A stretch of 64,000 nucleotides of DNA from the human T2T-CHM13v2.0 reference genome, Homo sapiens: the NCBI RefSeq assembly GCF_009914755.1, contig NC_060938.1; one strand, written 5' to 3'. Below the pieces are notes generated by a model. The model was not told the origin of the DNA and made no database searches. It worked only from the letters and a program-made list of their open reading frames with translations. The translations under genes were made by a program, and so were the position numbers. This document shows, one piece after another, positions 20,951 to 41,789 of this stretch (the first letter of the stretch is position 1; every line of letters starts with the position of its first letter).

Positions 20951-21463
20951 CTACATGACAAGGCTTAAATCGCCACATCGCGCTCTTTTAAATAGGGCCT
21001 CAGCCTGCCTTCTGAGCTCATCTGACAGCCTTCTCCCCAGCTTCGCCCATGCCAGTCACACATTTCTTTAAGGAAATATATTGAGCACCTACGGTATGCT
21101 AGTGGGTATAGAAACATGAATAAGACATCCTTAGTTCCTCAATGAATTATCTAATGGCAGAAACAGATGCATAAAAAGTAAATACACTTCAGGGGATTCG
21201 ATGCTGAAATAAAAGCAAAGACAATGGCCTCTTCTATGGAAAGGCAAAAAGCAACACTTTGCCCCAGTTTGTCTGTCATTTCTGGCTCCATGCCCTTGAT
21301 AATGCTGGTTTGTTTGGTTGAGGTTTTGTGTGTGGGTGGCTGTACAGAAGGACAACATGACATTTTCTCTTACCAGTCCTGCCCTCTCCCGCCCGCAAGA
21401 AACAAAGGCTTTTTCTTCCTTGCTCACCAATCAGTTTGTCCATTATGCTGTGATTCTATTTCA

Positions 21464-21811
<348 letters not shown>

Positions 21812-22510
21812 TCAAGAATATTTAATGGAGACTTTGGGACCTGAACGGGGGTTAAAGGATGGATAACAGCCAGATGGCAGGAGTGGCCAGTGCAAAAAAT
21901 TTATCTCTGGGAAAGAGCACATGCATGGGGACTAGTGAAGCAGTCAGCCTGGCTGCAGAGAAGGTGTTGCTAGTTAATGGGAGATAAGGTTGGTACATGG
22001 GATAAAGTTATGGGCATGAACACAGGCACAGGTGTTTATATCTGAAGTAAACAGGGACTCTGTAGGCTCTTGAGCAAAAATAACATGATAAAATCAATAC
22101 TTGAACATTAGTGTGAAAGTTAGCAGGATGCAAAATGAATTCCTGGTGTGCCTCCTTCCCAAACTCTCCACACTGGATTAGCCCCCACACTTGGCATGGA
22201 GCTAAATGAAGACTATCCCTCGAAGTTTTAGCAACGAAAGGGAAAAAAGAGTCAATGGCTGCCTATAAAGAGCAGCAGGGTTAAACAAAGATAAATTTGA
22301 AAAGAAGAGCAGATTTGGAAGAAAACAGCAATATTCAGTTTTTAATTCACCAAATATTTACTGAGCCTTTAGTACATGCAAAACACTGCTAAGTACTGTG
22401 CCGAATATACAGTTCCTCTTTTCAAGGAGAGAGTAATACAGGTACACAGCTCCCTATCATGGAATGCAAGAATGCTGGGAGAATAGGAATGAAGAAGAGA
22501 GTATTCTAGA

Positions 22511-23294
<784 letters not shown>

Positions 23295-23406
23295 TTTTTA
23301 AACTATAATTAGTTATATAATCCTCCAGTAGGATTTATTTGTCAAAAAAACTCCCTGCATTCCCAACACTAATGAGAGCTAATAGAATGGGAATGACACT
23401 TGTCAG

Positions 23407-23661
23407 TTTTTTTGTTTGTTTTTTTGCCCAGGCTGGAGTGCAATGGCGCGATCTCGGCTCAAGAGATTCTCCTGCCTCAGCCTCACGAGTAGCTGAGATT
23501 ACAGGCGCATGCCATCACACCCGGCTAATTTTTGTATTTTTTGTAGAGATGGAGTTTCACCGTGTTGCCCAGGCTAGTCTCAAACTCCTGAGCTCAAGTG
23601 ATCTACCTGCCTCGATCTCCCAAAATGCTGGGATTACAGGTGTGAACCACCGCGCCTGGCC
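23407..23661 (-). mobile_element. Alu (internally deleted)
   Basis: Alu motifs. Confidence 0.85.
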
Positions 23662-23709
23662 TAAATTGTTTTTTTGTAATCTAAAAAGAGGAAACTAAAT
23701 TTTACTAAT

Positions 23710-25735
23710 TGTTGTGCCAAACCCCTATTAACCTCTGTAAGGAAGGCACCAGGTTCAAGAGGCCAAAGGAGAGACCCAGAACCAGCAAATAAGACCTGGG
23801 GTTTTATTAGGGGATTACATACATGGAAGAGAATCCAGTGGCAGCAGGCTGGAAAGGGGAATTGCCTTAATTAGAGAAATGGTCCAGTGGCAGTGGGATG
23901 GACAAGATATCTGTCTTACCTACAATCCAATGGTGGCAGGTTGGACAACATGACCCCCTGCCTATAGTCCGGGGCTGGTGCACTGGACATCACAGCCACA
24001 TGGCCCAGTGACGACTGGCTGCGCAGAAAAACCACAATCATTTGCAAATAGTATGCAATTAATATAGCATTTTCACCTAACACCCTCCCTCTAACAACCT
24101 CCACTTGGCAAGCTGCATCCAACCCAAAACTCAGGGCCTAAATCCCCTGTATGGCCCCTGGTCCACTGTGTTATGGGATCCTTGGGGGTGTTGCTTTTCC
24201 AGCCGGAAACCTCTGTGGCCAGTGGCGCCTTTGCCTGAGTTTTGCTCAGGCCCATTGGGCCGAATCAGCCTGTCAGGCTGTGCTCAGCTCATGCTACCTG
24301 CCAAGATCCCACACCTTCTGAGATGAGTGGAGTGGAGTGGTGACAGGTGTGTGAGCAAGTGAGCACGGGGTCCAGCCACTGCAAACAGCCAGGCACATCG
24401 GCTGCAGTAGGGCAGGCAGCTCCAGGCACCACCACGGGCACTGGCTCCCTGCGAAGCTGCAGCTGAACCAGGTGTACCACAAGTAGCTTCCACAGCTGGC
24501 ACTGGGGAACGTGGTGCTGCCCAGAAGCTTGGAGATGCCAGGAAATGCAGTGTCAAAGAGTATGTCACAGCCTTGGCTTGGGGAGCTTCTAGGTCTGAGC
24601 TCATCAAAGGGCCACAGCTCTTCTCTCCTTGTCTCCTGCAATGTGGCAAGCAAGGGGTGTGTTTCAGCCCTGTTTGTGTTACAGCTCTTTTAGACCCGCC
24701 ATGCGGCAGGTCCTGAGTTCTCGTCCTGTGTCCAGAAAGAATGAGGTACGTGGACAAGTGGAGGGTGAGCAAGGCGAAGAAGAGCTTTACTGAGCAACAG
24801 AACAGCTCAGAGACCCACAGTGGGTAGCTCCTCTTTGAAGGGAGGGTGTCCCATCAAGTGTTCGGCTCTCAGCAGAGAGGAGACCCTGGGGTGGGTAGCT
24901 CCTCTCCATAGCTGGTCATCCTGTCATCTCCCTGAGTCTGGCTGAGTCAGGTTTTTATCAGCAAGGAAGTGCTTGCTGATTGGTCCACAGGCAGCCATGG
25001 GCGGGCCCAGAAAAAAGCACAAATTCCCACTCTGGTCTGCAGGGCTGGCAGCCTGGTCCCCAGGCTTCACGCCTTCCCCAGCTTGAAGGCGGGGCTTCAC
25101 CAGGGACCTTCCCCTTTCCACCCAGGAGCCTGCCTGCCTCCTGCCACTGTTCATGGTGCCCAGGCTGCTCTTGCAGAGTGGTGCCTGCAGCCCAGCACTG
25201 AGCTGCCCTCAGACCCCACTCAGCCTCCCTCCCATGCTTGTTTGTGCCCAAAGCCCGGAGAGGGTCAAGGCGGCAGGGGGCTGGCATGTCAGCACTGCCC
25301 CAAGAATGAGCACACCTGGCTGGATTGCAACAGCACCTTGGCTTGGCCTCAACTTTGCACCAAGATCTGATTGGGCTCCAGGAGTAAGGAGAGGCTAGGC
25401 AGCGGGAGCAGGCATTTCCGACCCTGCAGCTGCAGCTTGGGCGGCTGCAGGTGCATCCAGGAGGGTGGGGATCCTGCCTGCTCCATGGAATACACAGCCC
25501 CAGCCGCGCCTCCCGGCTGCAGCCAGCATTGTCAGAGAGGCTGCTCCAGATGGGCTGCCACTGCCATGAACAGGGCAGGACAGGGGTTCAGATGTTCATC
25601 ATTGATAAGGAAAAAATGTCCAGGTTGGCCACTCCCAGATTCCCTAGCTTAGAACACACATTCAGATGCATCTGCCATACAGGGTCATTCTCAGGGTAGG
25701 CTTCACTTATTGCTCTCAGGTGTGTTTATGCTACA
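23710..25735 (-). mobile_element. LTR47-like ERVL solo LTR interrupted by MER52
   Basis: Minus strand begins tgtagcataaacacacctgagagcaataagtgaagcctaccctgagaatgaccctgtatggcagatgc; 5-bp TSD ctaat/ctaag. Confidence 0.75.
24169..25569 (-). mobile_element. MER52 (ERV1) solo LTR, ~1.4 kb
   Basis: tgttatgggatccttgggggtgttgcttttccagccggaaacctctgtggcc ... gccactgccatga; GC-rich; 4-bp TSD actg/acag. Confidence 0.85.
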
Positions 25736-25939
25736 CTAAGATTAGTGTGTAGGTTGACATTTGCATCTTCACCAGTCTGAAGGCCTGATGGTCACATCAG
25801 GTAGGGAGTATCAGGGACAAGAGCATGAATTCCCTAAGTGTCACTCTCACTTGTTTGTTCATTTTCAGCTGACACATTGTACAATGGTTAAGTAAAAGAT
25901 TTCCCAATTATAATATTTAGCCTTAAGTAACTTCAAAAA

Positions 25940-26405
25940 ATGGGTGTTGGTTCCCTGCCCAGATTCTACTTACTGGTCATGGTCCCCATTCCCTACATGC
26001 TGTGACTCTTGGCTGCTACCAGTTCATACCTGTATCTTTCTGTGAAGAACTGACCATAAATGATGGATGCTACCTAATCAGGAACATCACACTCTGCCAC
26101 CACCCTCCTGCACTAACTCCAGGCGGCCCATAGCCCACGACTGAATAATACAGGAATACTAAAGCTTGCTTCCTTGCCTCAAGAAGAGACAAGTCCATGG
26201 TGCCATCCACACTCCAGAGCTGCTCATGGGATCAAAATGAAGATAGATTTCAACTGAACCCATGTCTTTGCCTAGCTTCTTCCTCTGTCCTATTCTGTTT
26301 CTCTCACTCCCTTACAGGTTTCAGCTGACATCACTCTCTCAAAAGAATCGCTGGCACAGGAATCTTCATCTCAAGTTCTGCTTCTTGAGAACATAGCCTG
26401 AAACA
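25940..26405 (+). mobile_element. LTR16-like ERVL LTR
   Basis: gcttgcttccttgcctcaag...cactccagagct...catctcaagttctgcttc...cctgaaaca. Confidence 0.6.
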
Positions 26406-26632
26406 AGCGTATGATTTTAAAACAATCATGCAAAGAGGACAAGGATTGAAAAGATCAATAATGAAGATAAAAGCAACAACAACAAAATGGCAGAACTAGT
26501 TCTTTTCCTACTTCTGGTATAATTTCTTCTTAGCCAAAATATGTGATAAAAATGACAGTTTAATAAAACCTAACAAGATGTCAGTTAAAAGAGAACTACA
26601 AAGAGGACTATTTGAAAAAAAAATTCTATCCA

Positions 26633-26715
26633 CTTTCTTTTTTTTTTTTTTTCGAAATGGAGTCTTGCTCTGTCACCCGGCCTGGGCAACAGAGTGAGAC
26701 CTTGTCTCAAGAAAA
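26633..26715. repeat. Fused pair of oppositely oriented Alu 3' ends
   Basis: T tract-gaaatggagtcttgctctgtcacccgg joined to cctgggcaacagagtgagaccttgtctcaa. Confidence 0.85.
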
Positions 26716-27052
26716 TTTTTAAAAAGGCAGTATCTTCTGATATTAAGGAAGATGGGTATTTCTAGTGGAATTTCAATAAAAATTTTTCTATAAATAGGGT
26801 ATAGGACTAAAAAATGAGTATCCTGATTTTTTACTACTTCTTTGAATCTTGGCATCTTTTTCAATTATGTTTCTCATCTATGATAGATATTAAAACCAAT
26901 AATTAAGATAAATTGAATGTAAACCCATACCTCCTCAGCAGATCTGTAGAACTTATGTAAAAAAATAAAAATACAAAATAAATAAAACCAGACCTTCAAG
27001 CATCTTTATTTCCATGATATTAAACCAAGATTAAAAAAAAAAAATCTAACGG

Positions 27053-27202
27053 TGGCCGGCACAGTGGCTCACACCTGAAATCTCAGTGCTTGGGAGGTTG
27101 AGGCAGGAGGGTCACTTGAGGCCATTGGAGTTCAAGGTTGCAGTGAGCTATGATAATGCCACTGCATTCCAGCCTGGGTGACAGAGTGAGACATTGTTTC
27201 TT
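27053..27202 (+). mobile_element. Alu monomer
   Basis: Alu motifs. Confidence 0.85.
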
Positions 27203-27619
27203 AAGTAAATAACTTTAATGATTACTATTTATAATTGTAGCAAAATATTTAAAAGTTATTAATAAATAAAGTAGTTGGAGTCTCCCTTACTTGCTGACTA
27301 TAATAGAGAGTCAAAAGAGAAATGCCACATTGAGCCTTGGCCTTTCACATATTAATTCCACTCAAAACAGAAAGATGACTTAGTGGATGTCATATTCTCA
27401 CCATTTTACCAAACACGTAAGTCATCAGGATCTATATCCTACAGCAAAAAAAAAATAAAAAAAATAAAAAATCAATAAAAACAGGTAAATCACTCTTGTA
27501 CTCACAGAGGTGGGGAGAAGACAGCAGCTTCCCCCTTCAAACTTCCAAGAGGGCAGAAGTTTTGACAGATATTCCTAACTTACTAGCTGAAGCAAAAATG
27601 TACGAGAAAGAGAATGGGT

Positions 27620-27800
27620 TCCCTCAAAAACAAGAAAATCCCAAAGGTAGCTGGTTACATATATAATATACAAAAATCAATAGCTTTCCCATAAATAAAA
27701 AAAAGGTTAAAAATAAAATGAATACAAGAGCTCTTATATTATTACAAGAAGAAAGATTATATACCCAGGGACAAACCAAAGAAATGTGCAGAGCCTGTAT
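27620..27800 (+). mobile_element. Old L1 (L1M) ORF2 fragment
   Basis: aatatacaaaaatcaatagcttt...aagaaatgtgcagagcctgtatg. Confidence 0.55.
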
Positions 27801-28146
27801 GGAGCCAAATGGAGGCTATTTAAGATGACTTCAGTGTATTTTCCCAGAGTCAGCTCAGTTCTTACTTCAGGGAAGACTGCCCAGACACACCCCACCCCGC
27901 CAATTAGATAAAATCACTTATTATAAGCTCACTGTATTACCACATCTCTCTCCTCCTTAGCACTTCACAACTTTACATTTATTTGTGCAATTATTTGCTT
28001 GATCTCTATCTCCTCTTCTGGATTTCTTAAGATCCATGATTACAGATACATTACTTTAGTTACATTTATATCTCTAATGCTTAGCAGAGTTCCTGGTGTA
28101 ATAAGTACTCAATAAATATTTGAGTGAATGAATGAGAGGAAAATAT

Positions 28147-29409
<1,263 letters not shown>

Positions 29410-29979
29410 GAAGATGGTAAATTTTATGCTATATAAATTTTACCACAATAAAAAAATCTGGCTGGCAAAAAAAATTTATCTAGAAACATGAGAATAACCC
29501 AAAAAAACACTTAAAGAGAAATAAAAGATGCCTTGTTAGAAATTAAAACATATTATAAAGCTACTTGAAACACTTTGTAGCCAGATAATAAATCAATGAA
29601 GCTGAATAAAAAATCCGGAAGTAGATTAATATTTATATGGGAATTTAGTATATAATAAGGATGACACTTCAATTCAATGGGTAAAAGATGGATTATTCAA
29701 CAAGTTTTGGGGAAACAAGAGCACCATTTTTAAAAGGCTGAATTTGAATTATCAATTTCTTTAGAAAACTGGAGAAACAAGTCCTCTCATATGCCACTAG
29801 TGATACTATAAATTGATATAATCCATCTAAAGGGCAATTTGACGATATTGATCAACATAAAAAAATCCACTAAAGCTTTGACTAATCAATTTCACTTCCC
29901 ACAAATGCATAAAGATGTATATGCAAGGATGTCACTCTGTCGCTGTAACGTTTATTTTTAATGTATTTCTAGAAAGAGA

Positions 29980-31093
<1,114 letters not shown>

Positions 31094-31169
31094 TCAGATA
31101 CATTTCTAAGTGAGAAAAACTACAGAGCCATATACATAGCTCACTTTTATTTAAACTAGCTTTTAAAAG

Positions 31170-31282
31170 GACATATATGTGTATATGTGTGTATATATAT
31201 ACATGTGTATATGTGTATACACACACACACATATACATGTATGTATATATACATATATATACTTATATAATACATATATATG
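31170..31282. repeat. (TA/CA/TG)n microsatellite
   Basis: Direct reading. Confidence 0.9.
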
Positions 31283-32254
31283 TCACTTTATGTATTTTTA
31301 AAAAGTCTACAGAAGAACTGGTTAACAGTGGTTACCTGGGAGGAGTGAGATTATTTGACTTTGGGGGGGGGGGGGGGAATTCTAGTTTTCTTTTTTACCT
31401 CTCAGTTCTGTTTTAATTTTATTTAACTATGAGTAAGTTTTATTAATTTATGATAAAGTTTTAAAGTATTAATACATCAAAATGGCCACATAAAACAGCT
31501 ACATGAAAATGTCATGTACCCATTCAGAAATCTTTGCTGCAGTCCCCCTTTACAAAAAAACTGCCTCTAAACTCTGAGAGCAGGGTCTCTGAACAGAATA
31601 AATACCACATAAAAACTTGTTGTTTCAGGTATCAATTGTAAGGAGAGATTAGACTCTCCATTGTCTAAAGAAAATTAAAGTCTAATTACAAAGTTGTAAA
31701 GTATTTATGTGTAAATTTAAAAAGACTTCCATCAAAAGGGGCTTCCTTTTTAATACTCAACTAATTAAAAAATAAATCAAATACTTAATCTCAAAGCATT
31801 TGGTTAATTTTAATTGATATTTAACTATATATCAATACACTTTAATGTGTAAATTAGTTTTTTTTTCCCCTGGGGAAAACTACTATTCCTCTCTTGTGTG
31901 CTTACACATATTACTATTTTTTCCAAAAATAAATGTAGGTTTCATTCTACTGAGAACACTCTTTATAAAAATATCAGATTCCTATTCTAGAAATACCATA
32001 CAGAGAAATGGGACAATCTTTTTTAAAAAGTGCCAACCTCTATCAACAGAATTTGTATTGAGCATTTATTTGTGAAACATTTATATATTGAGAGCTTTGA
32101 AAAAGGCAGGTTATGTAGGTTAAGATCCATCAATATTCCTAATGATGGCTTGGGAGGTAATATTGGAAATACCTATAAAGCATTAGTCATGCCCTCTTTC
32201 AAGCAAGAAGAACTGTGGAAGTCTGGCAACAAAAGTTTCCAAGCTGGTAATATG

Positions 32255-32335
32255 TAATACATTTCAGACTGTTATAGTTTGCACTGGTAATTAATAATTA
32301 ATACATTTCAGACTGTTATAGTTTGCACTGGTAAT
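32255..32335. repeat. Perfect 37-bp direct duplication (44-bp period)
   Basis: taatacatttcagactgttatagtttgcactggtaat at 32255-32291 and 32299-32335. Confidence 0.95.
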
Positions 32336-32461
32336 AATTAACAATTGGAAAGTCTTCATCCTCTTGCTATTGATTTTAGACCCAGAAAAACATTCTTCAC
32401 CTCTGCTCAGTCCTTGAGCAGATGAGATTCCTCATGGGAATCTTAAGCTCCAATAGCATGA

Positions 32462-32822
<361 letters not shown>

Positions 32823-34314
32823 CTCTCTCCTTTTAAACCAAATTATTTGTAAGGAGTATTTTTGAGAAAGGAGAAATTATTGTTTTATATTGGCAGTGCC
32901 TCAGTAAAACACTGTCAATTTAAATGTTGATAAACATTTAGATTATTTGGAACGTGGTAGTTTATGCTATTGTACAATTATTAATTACCATTAGTGATGT
33001 GTGATTTTTCAGCATTAATTAAAATTTGGATATAGGAAAGAAAAAGAATAATGTGCCTGCCTTTTATTGATGGCAATAAATTTAAAACACATTAGAAAAT
33101 TAAAAATGAATTACAAATATGTTAAACACATGAATTTAAAACTGAATCATAAACATCAACCATTTCAAAGTTACATGATAATTCTTAAGCATGGGTCATT
33201 TAGAGAGTCATACAGTTACAAGACAAATTAAAGAAAGTAAATTTAGGAGAAGGAACTAAGATGTCACTCTTAAGAGTGTAAAAAATGCTTTGAAACTGAT
33301 GGTGCAGATGTTTATTAAACCAGTACTACGATTTTCATTATAAATAAAATGTTGATTACTAAAGAGCATTTTCAATTTTTATCTTTAAAAAAAAAGAAAA
33401 ATCAATGATCTTGGCCAGTTATACCAACACAAAATCACACAATTATTGATCTAAATGGTGGGGTCTTAGACCTTCCCTTGCCGATACAATGTTGACAAAT
33501 GCAAAGCTGGCACTTCCAGCTTCGTGCCCATAGCACAGACTGGTGGAAATTACAAGGACCAAATCAGAGTCAGCAGAGAAGGTAAGGGAGGGCCTTGGGT
33601 AGCGAGCACAGGTTCAGCCAAGTCAGCCCTATGACATGTAAATACTGGCTAAATAGCCTGTTTTCTGACCCTGCATTGATATTATACAAAGAGGCTAGAT
33701 TTTACTTACTTTAGGTTAAGACCTTAAACAGTCACAAGACTGAAAGGGAGAACTCAGCAAGCAGTAGCATGCTTTCTAGGTGAAGGGATCTTTTTAAGGG
33801 ATCTGATTAGTTTGAAATGCAGTGTAATATGTAATGGAGCAATGTAAGAGATGTACAAATAAACTTCTTTTAAAAAGAGAAGATTTTTACTTATTTATTT
33901 TGCAGGGCAGGTGCTGCAAATGGGAAGTGAGCCAAAAATTAAAACTGTTCCTCACAAATATGTCATAAATTATTGTGTACAGTTTTGACATGTTAGGCAT
34001 TGGCTCTGCATGCCTGAGACTTCTGAGTTCAAGTCATAGAGAGGAGGTCCTCTCACTTGTGGGGATTGCTGATTTCAAAGGGAATTTTTAGATCCTCAAC
34101 GTGAAAAGATGATATTTTTTCCAGCTCAAATGTTTTTTTAATAGATCACAGCTGGCCAGTCTGGTCCTCAATACCCTTAAAAGACTGTTAGTCTACCCCG
34201 ACCACTTGAAAGGGTTTAGCATTAGAGAATCTAGGTCAGGCCAACGAAGTGGATTAGTAACTTAATAACTATGTGGTTTATTTAATGAGAAACTGGTGTT
34301 ACAAGACATTAACT

Positions 34315-34472
34315 TGCGTGTGCATCTGAATGACCTAGCGGGCTTGTTAAACAAATTGCTTGGTCTTTGGCCCCCACGTTTTTGATTCAGTAAGCCTGAG
34401 ATGGGGCCCAGGAGTCTGCATTCCTAACAAGTTCCCAGGTGATGCTGATGATGCATATTAAGAATCACTGCT
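34315..34472. mobile_element. MER5A hAT DNA transposon
   Basis: gattcagtaagcctgagatggggcccagg...gcattcctaacaagttcccaggtgatgctgatg. Confidence 0.75.
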
Positions 34473-34554
34473 CCAGGTAGTTCAGCTAATTCCCTTGCCA
34501 TGGTTCCCTAATATCCTTGTTGTTTGACAAATGCGAGATAAAAAGTAGATTAAT

Positions 34555-34870
34555 GACTGGGTGCACTGGCTCATGCCTGTAATCCCAGCACCTTGGGAGG
34601 CTGAGACAGGCAGGTCGCTTTAGCCCAGGAGTTCAAGAGCAGCCTGTGCAACATGGTGAAACACTGTCTCCACTAAAAATACAAAAATTAGCTGGCCGTA
34701 GTGGCGTGCGTCTGTAATCCCAGCTACTTGGGAGGCTGAGATGGGAGGATGGCTTGAGGTGGAGGCTACAGTGAGCTGAGATTGCATCACTGCACTCCAG
34801 TCTGGGCAACAGTGACATCCTATCTCGAATGAATGAATGAATGAATGAATGAATGAATGAATGAATGAAT
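34555..34870 (+). mobile_element. AluJ with a (GAAT)n tail
   Basis: TSD aagtagattaatg; about 11 GAAT units. Confidence 0.9.
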
Positions 34871-35468
34871 AAGTAGATTAATGGTACTAAAATTTATTAC
34901 TTAAGATCAGGTGCTACAGTCATTTGGGAGTTACTGTTCACTTTAGGTTTTACCTTCTTCTTGATTCAAACAGTCTGATCTTAGATTCAATGAGAATTAA
35001 AAACTGTATATAATAAAATTCGTTCTAGCATGTACTATCTACCTATTTCATAAATCTTAACCTCGGATACGTACTTACCATCTCATTCCCTAATTCCTTT
35101 TTCCCTTTATTCGTTACAATCTGACTACTGCCACTACCACATACACCATTGAAATTGTTCTCTTCAAGGTAAACCAGAAACTCATGTAAGATGTCTGCCT
35201 TCAGCCTGAATCTCTTTACTAGTGTTTGATATTGTTTATTGATCACTTTGTTCTGAAAACTCTCTTCTCCCTATCAGTGTGGATTTTAGGGACCTTTTCA
35301 TTGGCTCCGTCGTCTTCTATCTCCTCTCCCCCTTTCCCTAGGCAGACATCATTAACTGATCGTGGCACTCCTAGGGCTTCACAGCATAACCCAGCAGGAA
35401 AATGCTCTTAGTTGATTGGTGTTTGTCTGTGAGATGAAACGTGTTGTGAAGGCTCCAAACTATCTCCA

Positions 35469-38108
<2,640 letters not shown>

Positions 38109-38850
38109 CAGGAAAAAAAAAAAAAAAAAAAAGACACAGAATGGGAACATGAAAGTCAGTACAGGTTTGGCACCAGCATCTTCACAAAGAATAGAATTCA
38201 ACGCAAACATTTTCACAGTAAGTCAATAAAGTGGTACGTCAGGATTTGGGAAATGCCACTGTTTGCAAGCACAAATCTAAAGTCTGTTTTATGACAGACT
38301 TGCAAGGGCAAGAATATGGTATAACATATCATGACTTGGAAAAGCTTAAAGCCTCCCAAAGACAGAAATCTGTAATCTTTCCCCCCTACTTAGGAAACTA
38401 TCTCATGGAAGAGTCACCAAAGTTTTCTTTGAAATGGGAGTTTCAGGTTGATACATAAGGAATGGCTATCTTTACAGATCGGCAATGGCTAGTGACATGT
38501 TTGTGAGCCAATTATAAGGTAAATGTAAGTCAGTATGGTCATCATGTCTTTTTTTATAGGTAATAGACAAACTAATGAGGAAGCCATTAGCCTCTCTGGA
38601 ATAATACCAAATCAGGAAGAAAGTAGGTGGTTATGGGTGTATTGTGGATTACCTTACAGATGCGGAACATATTCAGGGTATCTCTGTGATTCTGTTAGAA
38701 AACATTCTTCCTACACCCATGCCACAATCTTCACCAACAGTTGAGATTAGCCAGATGTGTGGTCAGGTCTGATCTCAACGCATAAAGGGAATCTCATGAT
38801 CTCTTAAGTATGGTGGGATGAGAAATAAGTTCAAGAATACAGTTCCATAG

Positions 38851-39558
38851 TGAGCAGCAGGTATATTCAAACCTACCCCTAAAGCCCAAAGAATAAGGCT
38901 AACAAATCCAATTTCTCAGAAAGAAAATATTTCACAGAGATTTGAAAACATAAGCAGTATCTCGGACAACTGCGAGATGGTGGATCCTCACACCCGTCCT
39001 CCAGAAATTATCCTTTAGAAAGCAAGCCTTGGGCCAGGCACGGTGGCTCACGGCTGTAATCCCAGCACTTTGGGAGGCTGAGGTGGGCAGATCACTGGAG
39101 GTCAAGAGTTCGAGACCAGCCTGGCCAACATGGTGAAACCCTGTCTCTACTAAAAATACAAAAATTAGCCATGGTGGCACATGCCTGTAATCCCAGCTAT
39201 TCAAGTAGGCTGAGGCATGAGAATCGCTTGAACCTGGAAGGCGGAGGTTGCAGTGAACCGAAATCATGCCACTGCACTCCACCCTTGGTGACAGAGCAAG
39301 ACCCTGTCTCAAAAAAAAAAAAAAAAAGAGAAAAGGAAAAAAAGCCTTTAGGATAAAGACATGTGCAGCTGTTACTTTCTTGTGGAAACTTGTGACTACT
39401 GGGGAGGTCAGATAAGCATCTTTATGAGGGTTGTTACAGGCATTGTTTAGAGAACTTGCTGCAGAACACTTTGGCATGCAGAGTCAAACATTAGTCATTA
39501 TGGAGATTTCACTTCAAGATGTTATCACTCTTGCCATGCAACAGGCTATTTTCCTACA
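38851..39558 (-). mobile_element. ERVL-type solo LTR (LTR42-like) with an Alu inside (39032-39328)
   Basis: Minus strand begins tgtaggaaaatagcctgttgcatggcaagagtga; Alu TSD aagcctt. Confidence 0.6.
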
Positions 39559-40076
39559 AACACCAACTTTATTCCCAGAGCATACCTGCAAATCCTAGAT
39601 GGAGTATCTTGGAAGCTCGTCTTCCTTGTAGAACACATTGTAAACTCCTGGTCTGTAATAAAAGTAGCTAGGTCTGCAGACTCTTAACCTAATGACGTCA
39701 ATCCTCATGGCCTGTGCGTAGGTTTCCAGGTAAGTCATTAGTTTGTTATACAACCTTCTTGTGAGGGCTTGGAAGGTGAGGGGAGTATAGCTTCACATCC
39801 AAAGTTCTCCTAACTTCCTGGGGACTCCTCTTCTAAATAACAGCAATTATAGCAGTCATGATACCATGTCACCAAAATTCACACCTTTGGGATTTTTCAT
39901 ATAAAATCTAGGATTAATATAAAAATTGCCTTTTTCTCCTCTTAATAAGTAAACATGTAATTGTCTTCTGCTATCAGATTTTAAAAAAAAACCAAACACT
40001 TAATAATGAAGTATATATCAAAAAATATTTTTGATTACCTTCACATTAGGTGTAATTTCACTCATGAGCTAAGTGA

Positions 40077-40566
<490 letters not shown>

Positions 40567-40765
40567 AAATCAATTTGTTATTTTAAAAATTTACAACCTT
40601 TGTTCATGAATACTTTACAAAAGATTTTGAGAATATACTGCTAAGAAGCAAATATTTAAAAATTCTTATTTGTAAAGCTATTTAAAAAATTTTATGGTGA
40701 CAAATGTTGCAGGATTATTATTCAGTTTTTTTACTTTTAAGATTGTTATCACAGATTTCAACCAG

Positions 40766-41789
<1,024 letters not shown>

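Noticed and set aside
24105-25699. Overlapping ORF cluster up to 162 aa
   Set aside because: Lies inside the GC-rich MER52 LTR, where stop codons are scarce; no gag/pol/env motifs.
31363-31377. Poly-G runs (also 35939-35950) as G-quadruplex elements
   Set aside because: Homopolymers embedded in old repeat-derived DNA with no supporting context.
38740-38779. Hairpin gttgagattag...ctgatctcaac (pre-miRNA-like)
   Set aside because: Only ~11 bp of stem with a wobble; too short and expected by chance.
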